NCBI RefSeq assembly: GCF_006345805.1
Contig: NC_042997.1
Span: 182,094,001-182,158,000 of the forward strand
Direction: 5' to 3'
Origin: Octopus sinensis
Lineage: Eukaryota
DNA: 64,000 nt
In this document: positions 38,691 through 49,200 of the stretch, piece after piece
How positions within the stretch are numbered: the stretch's first letter is position 1
How the letters are laid out: the number at the start of each line of letters is the position of its first letter
The notes under the pieces: model-generated
The model's database searches: none
Seen by the model: only the letters and a program-made list of their open reading frames with translations
What the model was told of the DNA's origin: nothing
Position numbers and translations under genes: made by a program

Positions 38691-39289
38691 CAGACTATTC
38701 AGTTTGTTTAGTTCTATCACAACCATACATGCAAAGTTTATCTCGAACTAGAAGTGCTTCCTCGCAGAAAAAACAAAAGCCTTTGGAAGTTGTCTGTAGT
38801 CCCTTACAAGACATCACTGCAGAAGAGATTACCCAGAATGTCCAGAATCGATACCGAACCGTCATCGCTCGCTTATACCTTCCACTAACCTTCTAATGAA
38901 TACAAAAGTTTATATTCTACCGCCTGCATAGTAAAGCGCAGTGAACGCCACATAACATCCCAGCCAAACACCTAATGGCAATTGGCAGAACCAGTTGAGC
39001 GTCCTAAGTCCAGATCCTTCAAGGATTTGACTTTGCCTTTCACAATAAGTACCAGTCAGGTGTTTGGTGTCGCTTATGCTGACTAAATTCCCTTTCCCGG
39101 AAATATATATAACTTTGTGTAAGACGGAGAGCGGGCAGAATCGTTAGTACACCGGGCAAAATGCTTAATAGCATTCCTTCCGTCTTTTGTTTCGGAGTCG
39201 ATGAAATAAGTACCAGTTGAGCACTGGGGGTGGTCTAATCGACTTATCTCCTCCCCCGGAATTCCTGGCCTTGGGCTAAAATTTGAAAT

Positions 39290-39330
<41 letters not shown>

Positions 39331-39333
<3 letters not shown>

Positions 39334-39510
39334 GGAAAGTTTACGAAAATAAACAAAAGATGAAGGCAGGTGGAGTACAAACAAACAAATGTATTAGTAT
39401 TGCCCTCAGGAATAGAAAAAGTTTTTTACGTTTCGGGCCTACGCTCTTCGACAGAAAGATACACAGAAAAAAAACAAGGAGAGAAAAAAATGCGTGTAGG
39501 AGCTAACGTT
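39331..39510 (-). mobile_element. Short TA-associated element with variant hammerhead-like motif (39421-39458)
   Basis: The - strand reads CUUU-CUGUCGA-A-GAGC(GUAG)GCCC-GAAAC-GUA-AAA. It abuts (TA)n at 39295-39330. Confidence 0.65.
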
Positions 39511-39712
39511 GACTTTCTACCTAAGATAGAAATCATTATTGAGGCGAAGATAACTGAACACCCTGTTCCATAGGATTTTCAGCTCGAAGACCTTGGCAAT
39601 TTTCTAGTTTGGCAGTGTTTCCTGGTAGTGTGATGAACATTACCAGCTCGGGATGAACTCTGCAATCCATAAGGAACGCCCTGCCGGCTTCTTTTGGTCC
39701 TGAAGGCTATTT

Positions 39713-39940
39713 GGCGAGCTGGCAGACACGTTAGCGCGTCGGGTGAAATGCTTAGCGGTATTTCGTCTGTGGTTACGTTCTGAGTTCAAATTCCGCCGAG
39801 GCCGACTTTACCTTTCATCCTTTCGGGGTCGATAAATAAAGTACCAGTTTCGCACTGGGGTTGATGTAATCGACTTAATCCCTTTGTCTGTCCTTGTTTG
39901 TCCCCTCTATGTTTAGCCCCTTGTGGGCAATAAAGAAATA
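39713..39940 (+). mobile_element. SINE family A
   Basis: Full head-to-tail match to the family. Confidence 0.9.
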
Positions 39941-40663
39941 TATTTTTCTTTGTCTGTCAGCTATGACAAAAAGAAAAAAAAGATAATATGGTGGAAAATA
40001 TTGGAAGAACTGAATATAGATACTTTCCTCTTCGATCAAGCTCTCATCAACTTCTTTAAGTCCCACTTGATGAGGTAGGTGAATGTAGGGAAGAAGAGCC
40101 TGCCTTTCAATGAATCTGTAGAACCGTTACCTAGCGGTTCGGCAAAAGAAACCGATAGAATAAGTACTGGGCTTACAAAAGAATAAGTCCCGGGGTCGAG
40201 TTGCTCGATTAAAGGCGGTGCTCCAGCATGGCCGCAGTCAAATGACTGAAACAAGTAAAAGAGTAAAAGAGTAAAGACAAGACGATGACCCTCAGAGCTG
40301 TGCGTTTGCACGCTCGCAAACACGTTTTACAGCGAGTACACAAGGTTCTCATAATGAAATTAATTATTTTTTTTAAGCTGGTTACTTCCATGCACATACT
40401 TTGCAAAGAAAGACAAAATTTGCACGCAAGCCAATTTCTGCACACACGAACAAAAAAAAAATGGGTGTCAGTCACGAGAATGGCTCGTGTGGTTGGGTTG
40501 AACAGTAAGACGGAGAATGCAGCAAGGAAAGGGAATTTGTCCTTACTAATCGGGATAATCCTAAATCTCTGGACATCCATGATTGACCCCCTTGTATTTG
40601 TCATTCTATTGCGATGTCATATTTCATTCCTTTTATATACACCACCATCACCATCCCACCACC

Positions 40664-41070
40664 TATTTCTTTACTACCCACAGGGGGCTAAACACAGAGA
40701 GGACAAACAAAGACAGACAAACGGATTAAGTCGATTATATCGACCCCAGTGCGTAACTGGTACTTATTCAATCGACCCCGAAAGGATGAAAGGCAAAGTC
40801 GACCTCGGCAGAATTTGAACTCAGAACGTAGCGGCAGACGAAATACTTATTTCTTTACTACCCACAAGGGGCTAAACACAGAGAGGACAAACAAAGACAG
40901 ACAAACGGATTAAGTCGATTATATCGACCCCAGTGCGTAACTGGTACTTATTCAATCGACCCCGAAAGGATGAAAGGCAAAGTCGACCTCGGCAGAATTT
41001 GAACTCAGAACGTAGCGGCAGACGAAATACGGCTCAGCATTTCGCCCGGCGTGCTAACGTTTCTGCCATC
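40664..41070 (-). mobile_element. SINE family A with a 184-bp tandem duplication
   Basis: 40664-40847 and 40848-41031 are near-identical and share private variants. Confidence 0.9.
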
Positions 41071-41576
41071 CCACCACCAATACACGATTCTGCAGAAACC
41101 CCTAAATTTTCAAGTAATTTTCCTTGTGATGTCCCTCTGTCCATCAATCTTATGACATCAGTACTAATAGGAAGTGGGAAATGCTTTTCTGTAGCGAATT
41201 TGTCAAAAGGCGGGTGAATGACTGAGGCAAAAAAAAAAAAAAAGACTATGATGAATGGAACTACAGAACGTACGCCTGTTGATTAAAGAACAATTGGGCG
41301 AGGGCTTGTGTCCTTCCTTTGTAGTCAGAGTTATCTGAATTCTTAGGGCTCCTTGGTTGACTCAAGATGGAGACTTTCTTGTATCGAGAGGACTGCATCA
41401 TCCCTGTTTACATATTTTGCATACTGTGTATACTTTTAATTCATTTCCCTCTCTTCTCTTGTTTTTTTTCTCCTCATCATTTTTTATATAAGTCCACTCA
41501 CAGATTGTAAACTGTCTTTGTAAATAAAAGCCAAATAAAAGAAATCCACCTCCTCCTCCTCCTCATTATCATCATC

Positions 41577-41760
41577 GGTATTTCGTCTGTCGTTACATTC
41601 TGAGTTCAAATTCTGCTGAGGTCGACTTTGCCTTTCATCCTTTCGGGGTCGATACATTAATACCAGTTTCGCACTGGGGTCGATGTAATCGACTTAATCC
41701 CTTTGTCTGTCCTTGTTTGTCCCCTCTGTGTTTTAGCCCCTTGTTGGTAGTAAAGAAATA

Positions 41761-41841
<81 letters not shown>
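41577..41841 (+). mobile_element. 5'-truncated family-A SINE followed by (TAG)n
   Basis: Body 41577-41760, (TAG)n 41761-41841. Confidence 0.85.
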
Positions 41842-42214
41842 AACATAGCGAACTTTGGAAAAATTGAAGTAAATAAACTCCTGTGAGTCGAACCCGCAAT
41901 ATAAATTTCCGCTTCTGTTTGAAACTCATTTACTTCAGAGGTACGTTACAAAATGTCCTCAGGAAAAGTATGAATCGCACAACATCCCATTTCCTCTTCT
42001 GCTTTATAAACCAGAGACTTTGTCTGCCGGTATATATACGAAAAATCAATATGTAGCAGCAACAATAGTATAGCCGACGGAGAGAGCAGTTTGGTTTAAC
42101 TCGTTTATATTACTCACTGATCGACTACTCGTCGAGACAACGACGGCGACGACGACGTGGAGGGCGATGACAACGATGACGATCATGATGATGTGCAACC
42201 TCAGATCAAAATTG

Positions 42215-42380
42215 ATCAGGCAAGCAAGCCTAGGATCAAAAAGCATTGCAGTCATCACCATCCTATCTTTTGTAGGAGTATTTAGGACTGCATTTATAAG
42301 ACGGTAGGGCGTGATTTAAGGGAGATTTTTGGCTGCTATTTCTAACAGGTTGAGCGACCACGTAGAGCGTCCCTTGTTAG
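42215..42380. repeat. Old interspersed repeat (also at ~12560-12700, ~34760 and ~45285-45500)
   Basis: Shared gtgatttaagggagattt...gctatttcta...ttgagcgac motif. Confidence 0.6.
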
Positions 42381-42399
42381 TATCGTCATTCGTCGCCCT

Positions 42400-43999
42400 C
42401 ATAGTTACTCCTCACAACGTCGATATATTCAACATCCTCATCCTGTTTCTATTGTGGCTACTACTTATACAACTCCTGTTGATCTTGTTGCTGTTTATTA
42501 CTGTCATGCTTACTGCTACTATTGCTGCTGATTTAATCGTATTGCCTTTCCTTCTATTCTTTCATTCACTCTCTCTCTCTATATATATATTTCTCTTCAT
42601 AACTGCTACTGTTGCAGTTGATTCTGTGTGGCTACAGTCACTACTGCTTTCAGCTGCTTATTGCTCTTGTTGATGTTTACGACTGTTACGCTTGTTGTTG
42701 CTGCTGCTACTACTGCTGCTGCTGCTGATTTGATCGCGTTGCTTTCGCTTCTCTCTTTTTCTCTCTCTCTCTCTCTCTTGCTATCTCCCACTTCCCTTCC
42801 CCCTCACTCTCACAACAGTTGATCTCAATGCTACCGTCACTGCTGCTGCTGCTGCTGCCGCGCGTTTGCAAATGAGATGTTGTTAACGCCATCTTGAATT
42901 TTTTGAAAGGTCTTCGATTGTTGTTTCTGTTTCTCTTTACCCCCGGTGACTGGCCTAACACTTTACGGCAGTCCACCACAACCACCCCAGCAAGACTTCG
43001 CAGCTAAATTTTTTTTAGAGTGCTAAGGACATCCATGTTATAAATAAATAAATATCCATATATATATATATATATATATATATACGTATATCCACACCGA
43101 TATTCCAAACCCGAGTAATTCGCAGTTATATATATATATCATCGTCTCACACACCTTTTTAGTTATACGAATAAAAAGAAAAAAAAAAGGCCTGCTTTTA
43201 TTAATAACATTGTGACAGTGTCATTTACAACATATATGTGTCTGTCGTCATATCCAGTTGTTTGGGGGAGGATTATTTTTAGAAAAATAATATAAGCTGA
43301 TATTATTCTCTCTCTAGTAGTTTCACAATTTAACGGCCAGCCAGTCGATGGAAAAAAAAATGAATATGTATATATATATGTGTGTATATATATCCTCTGA
43401 TCTCTTACATTGTAGTCGTAACAGCGGTATTATTGAGTGAAGACTTCATTATTACTACTACTACTACTACTATTACTAGAGCTTTAACGACTACCACCAC
43501 TACTGCTGCTACTACTACTACTACTACTGCTACAACCACCACTGCTGCTGCTGCTGTTTCTGCTACTGCTGCCTGTTATTACAGTTCAGAATACCATCAC
43601 TAAGAGGAACCAAGGACTGTCGGAAGGCTTACTGTAAAACAAACTACCTTTGCAATTTACCGACGGCTGACAAACGACGTCGCCGGGAAGGAGTTAACAT
43701 TTTTTTTTCTATTTTTTTTACAAAAAAAAAAAAAAAAAACAACAACAACCCAAACCCTTGCAAGAAGAAGAAAAAAAAAGAGAAAACGTAAAAAAAAAAA
43801 AAAAATAATAATATATATATATATATAAATATATTTATTTCAAACAACAACACAATAATACATTCATAACAACACACCGAAATATATATATATACGTATT
43901 ATATATATATATATATATCAAACCGAATATATATAATTAATATATATATATATATATATATACGTATATATATATATATTTTAAAATAACCCGAGAACG
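42400..43999 (+). promoter_or_regulatory. Putative promoter and 5' UTR of the calcineurin A gene
   Basis: SINE-free, CpG-retaining, low-complexity region directly upstream of the first coding exon. No ATG between 43381 and 43999. The TSS cannot be placed from sequence alone. Confidence 0.55.
42887..42896 (-). promoter_or_regulatory. YY1-like motif CAAGATGGCG
   Basis: Matches the first 10 nt of the YY1 consensus CAAGATGGCGGC. A single short motif, so weak on its own. Confidence 0.4.
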
Positions 44000-44048
44000 A
44001 TGACCACAACAGACTGTAAGATGTCTACTACGGACAGGGTCATCAAAA
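44000..44048 (+). CDS. PPP3CA: Calcineurin A (protein phosphatase 2B catalytic subunit), first coding exon only
   Basis: Encodes MTTTDCKMSTTDRVIK + A, then a GTAAGT donor. It matches the calcineurin A N-terminal signature (human PPP3CA ...KLSTTDRVVK|AVPFPP), and the phase-1 intron falls right after the K, as I recall for the human gene. In-frame TAA upstream at 43982-43984. An invertebrate gene would be co-orthologous to PPP3CA/B/C. Confidence 0.85.
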
Positions 44049-45870
44049 GTAAGTGTATAAACCCATTAAAGCAAATTATATACATATATATATAATATAT
44101 ATATATGTGTATATATATATACATATATATATGTATATATATGTGTTTTCTATTGTGTTCCTGTTTGAATTTTGAAGGATAACATGTAAAAAAAAAAAAA
44201 AATGAAAAATCACATCGAAAATTATAATTCTTAACTGGGATTTCTATTCATTTTTTTCATTTGTGTGTGTGTATGTGTCTGTCTACCTGTTGTTCCATGT
44301 TCGTAATCTAAATATATGTTATATATATATATATTATATATATATATATATGGCCATATAACTAACATACTGCGTTGCTGATGATGATGATGATATCTTC
44401 TTCATATGGGAGATTTTAGAATAGATGAAGATGTATAGGTATATATATATACATATATATATATATACACCTATATGTTATGTTCAAAAACAGTTGAGTA
44501 TTAAATTGAAGGATAATCCGATATTTTTTTTTACTGGAGTACTATATTTAATTTCCACAACGAAAATTTTTGGCTGTGACTTCGAAATTTTGTCTTACTG
44601 AGTTTGATTGATGATGGTTAGTAAGTAAGTAAACCGAAACTTCGAAGTCTCACTCAGTCAATCATTTTCTTATAAAAATTAATGTTTATATATATATATA
44701 CATATATATCATAAACATACATATATATATACACCATCGTAATTTTATTTGATTTTATTTTCATTTTTTCATTTGGTACAATAGCCTCTGTAATTAAAGA
44801 ACTAAAATTTACCATTCCTTTCCTGTATATAACCATTCGTTAGTGGGTTATATGTGTATATATATTTACATACACCCCCAGAAAATGTATACTTTGTGGG
44901 TATATATATATGCTACATTGATGGGAAAGGACTTTCGCTTTCTACATATATACTCCTCCGATTAGATTCGATGTCGAGCTTTATGTTTCGTTTCATTTCA
45001 TTTCATTATTTTTTTTTACTTTTCTTTTTATCGGTATAAAGTGGAATATCAATATATCGATCTTCAGCATTGTCTATATTGATGACAATCAAATATTGTG
45101 TGTGTATGTGTCTATATATTTGTGTCGATGTGAAAGGTAGTGTAATGAATATTCGACATCAAGATGTCCTTCGTTTTCTATTAAAATATATACAGCAGGT
45201 ATATAGTATATAAAAAAAAGAATAACACACCAAGTAGGTGTGTTATTACTATATAACCAAGTAGGTGTGTTATTACTGTATAACCCTAGGTCAACCATGA
45301 TTGAGCAGACATATAATCAAAAGCATTTTAACCATGGCCATCCTACTTTTATTTTATTTTATTAATTTTTATGTTTAGTGTATTCCAGTCGACATTATCC
45401 AAAGTGGCCTTATTTTTTTAAGATCTTAGGGTTTGATTTAAAGGAGATTTGTCTACTATTTCTAGCAATTTGAGCGACAACACAGAAGCACTCTCGTTTA
45501 TATTATGTAGGTGTTTAAGTTTCTCCGCTGTCCAAAATGCATATCATTTTATTATTTTTTTGTAATTTTTGTTGGAAATCTCCCTAATTGGTCATTTGGT
45601 TCATTTCCTAATTATGATCTTGCGTCTTCCTTTTTCTGTATTTATGTGTATCAACACATTCAAACACATACGTATTTGGACACACGACTCGCTAGTTCTT
45701 TAATTTATTTATTGAATTTATTGCCTCTGTCTCCTTCGCAGACGATTATAATATATACTCACGTAGTAGTCTGCTACCATAACACCTACGTGCATGTGTG
45801 TGTGTGTGTGTATACACACGTAACTGCTGGCAGAATTGTTTACAAGTACCGTTTGTGTGTGTATATATAG

Positions 45871-45905
<35 letters not shown>

Positions 45906-46238
45906 CATACATACACACACACATATATATGTATATAGCGAAGTGCAAATCTGAAGTTTCATTACTTTCATTCTCATATATAGACATGACTTGAAAATGA
46001 CATAATTGTATCAAACTGGTGTTGAAGCTGATAACAATTTTAATACTGTCTTCAACAATAGAACTTCTCAGATTTTACCGCATTAACAAAATTTTTTGTC
46101 GTTTTTTTTTTTTTTTTTGTTTTGTTTTCTTCGTTATGTGTTTTCACTATTTATTTGTTTTTTTTATTCTGGCATCTAAAAAAGCAAGTAGTGCTTTTTC
46201 GTTACTTTCAACCTTTCCGCCATCTTTTTAACACATCC

Positions 46239-46277
<39 letters not shown>

Positions 46278-49200
46278 TTTCTCTCATGGTTTTTTCAATT
46301 AATTTATTTCTGCAAAAGGTTTTTCTCCTATTGTATTTTTTAACGTTAATTCCGCAATAATTTATTTAATAAAACAGAGAGACGGAATGAAATTTTTAAA
46401 AAAAACAAAAAAAAAACGTAAAATAGTAATATGTTTTGCCGTGTATTTAAAAACCTTTCCGTCAGATTTCCAATCATACCAGCAGAGAGAGAGAACCCCA
46501 TCCATTCACATCTGTTGGTTTTATGTAATTTCATCCATTCCATGGCATAACGTTAATATAAAGTATTCTGGATTTAAATATTTCTATCCTATTAAACCTT
46601 TTTTTTCTATTTAAACTCTTTGACGTATAATAAGCAATACGAAATATAACCGGAGGAATTTAGTTTCCCCATTGGGTTACATTTAGTAATTTAATCCCCT
46701 TATGCTCATTAAATACCATCGGGATTGTAAGACAGGAAAAAAATGATGGTATTCTTTTGCGTTTTCTGTTAGATATTATTAGTTTAAAGCCACTGATACA
46801 ACATAAAAATCTTTTCTATCAACTTCGCTATTTCTAAAATGCCGGGTTGTAATCAAATATCTTGTCAAAATACCAGTGTGTGGGTGTAGATTTCTCTGTG
46901 TGTAGGTGAGAATATTAAATACTGTTAATTTTATATGCATTGATTAGCTAACTGTGACCAGTGTATAAAAGAACTATAAGTACGATATTTTTCTCATCAT
47001 TTTTCATGTCTTTTATTTTGTCTCTCTCTCCTTCTTTCTCTCTATTTTTCGTTATACATAAAAATCGTTTTTGAATATGTGGGGTTATTATTGTTAGTCA
47101 AGATCAACTGCAGTGTGTAGGTATTGATGCTATGGGATTATATCCTAGATTAATTACTATTAGATGCTTCACATAAAATTTCATCCCTCCTCCATTCGAT
47201 GGTGGATGAATAACTCCATTTGCGTATGTCTAGAATATAATAAAAAATAATAGCCAAGTCGTTGAATACTGGTGTATTATTTTCACATTTAAGCTTATAT
47301 ATAAGACAGGTAGTGTTCATCACTTTCTAGCCTGCCAATATCTGTTGGGGTATTTACCTGAATTTGACAACTGGTTTGTGCTTACTCATGTATGCCAAGA
47401 TTGTGTGTTGTTTGACAATTTAGTAAAGATCCTTCGGCAATTAAGTGCTGCATTTTCTTGGTCGTTGGTGAGGAGGGAGGGTTGGTTTGTGTCATTTACT
47501 TTTAATGTTTGAAATATAATCCATCATACTGTTATCAGAGAATTTTTCTTTCGAAATCAGATACTTCCCGTCATAATTTTAGGAAATATTCCAATGCTAT
47601 TCCCAGCGTCTTCATTTATTAAAGACTAAGTAATATACATTCCTCTTGATTTCTGTCTCAGGCATTTCGATTGTTTTACTGAAAGTATTACATGATTTTT
47701 ATTTGTTGTTATTTATGAATGATTACTAATATAATTATTTCTTTTTTTATAACTCAAAAAGTTCCATACGTAATTAAGAAATTAGTATTATTTCTGTACA
47801 AATAATTTGACTGCTAACTTCATTTGTGTGATGATAAAGCTTTTGGGGGAAAGCAACAGATATTGTTTCTCTTCTGCAAAACAGCTTTGTACCTAGATGA
47901 GAAATATAATTAAATTGAAAGAAAAGGTTATTGTTGATTGATTATTAAGGGCATTAAGTAGATAAGATAGTGAACGGTTAAAGTAAACTGTCTCCACATT
48001 CCGCGTTAAATTCCTGTTGAGGCAGACTTTGTCCTTCATCTTTGGATCTGTTCAGTGTGTACAGGTATAATTCAATTAATTTTACCCCTTCCATTCCAAG
48101 TTTACGGTCTTGTAACTATGAAAGAAAAGTAATTTAGGCCAATACACTGCCAAACTCTTGGAAAAACAAACATCATAACATTGTATGTCTCTTCTGAATA
48201 TCTCCTAAGAAACGAAGTTTATTCCACGATTAAAAGGTGAAATTCATGAGTAGCATAGTCTACACCTCACCTTCCATTTCATAAGGATTCTATTTGAAAT
48301 TTGTTTTATGTTCAAATCCTCCTAAGATGAGTTTTGCCTTTTATCCCTCTGGAGTTGATTAAAAACAAGAAAGGACTAGTCAAAAAATGGAGTCACTTTA
48401 ATCAACCGGTCCCTTCCTCTTGAAATTGCTGGCCTTGTGCCTGAATTAGAAATTATTTTTATTACTTGCCACTTCCTTTGAAATAAAATGCCCCTACTCT
48501 TTTTTTCAAATTTAGTCTGTGCATAATGAGGAGAAATTAACAATTCCAAACAAGTATTTTATAATTATTTGTCCACACCTACTTAAATCTTTTGATATTT
48601 CATGACTGAATGATTTTGTGTGATTGTTTTATGTTTACATGCATTAAATAATGGGATTATTTTGAAGTAGGCATTTTGGGGTTGGTGGTGAAGAATATTA
48701 ATTACATTTGTCTATTTGCTACAATGTTGGGGACAGAAATTACAACTATTCTTGCTTAAATATTTCTTTTTCCAAACATCTCGTCCTTCTTTGGGACAGG
48801 ATTATATGATAGGAAGAGAATGGAACAAGACTCATACTTTTTTTTTTGCAGATTTCCTCCCCAGTAAATTTCAGAGGGCTCTCAAAGGGAATTCGAAGGA
48901 ATTACTTGATGCAAGACCTGGAAGGTGAAATGCATTAAATGACAGAGGGAAGATAGATGGGTGCAGATAATATGCAGCTAGTTAGTTTAGATGAGTAGAG
49001 GCCATTGTAGCAGCAAATAGAAGAGGCTACAATTATAATTTTTATTTTCACTTATGCATTTGGTGAGTGAATAAATTTATCAAGTCATATCATAGCAATT
49101 GAGTGAATGAATATTTGAAGAACCTATTGAAATATGTGTACATATGTTTGTATGTATGTATATAATATGCCCTTCCCACATGTTATTCTTTTCCCCAAAC

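Noticed and set aside
42046-42673. Hydrophobic ORFs resembling membrane proteins (42046-42261 -, 42329-42673 +)
   Set aside because: The hydrophobicity comes from GAC/GAT and CTG/TTG low-complexity tracts, part overlaps an old interspersed repeat, and the + ORF starts at TTG.
43039-43044. TATAAA as a TATA box
   Set aside because: Expected by chance in this AT/TA-repeat context, and the TSS is unknown.
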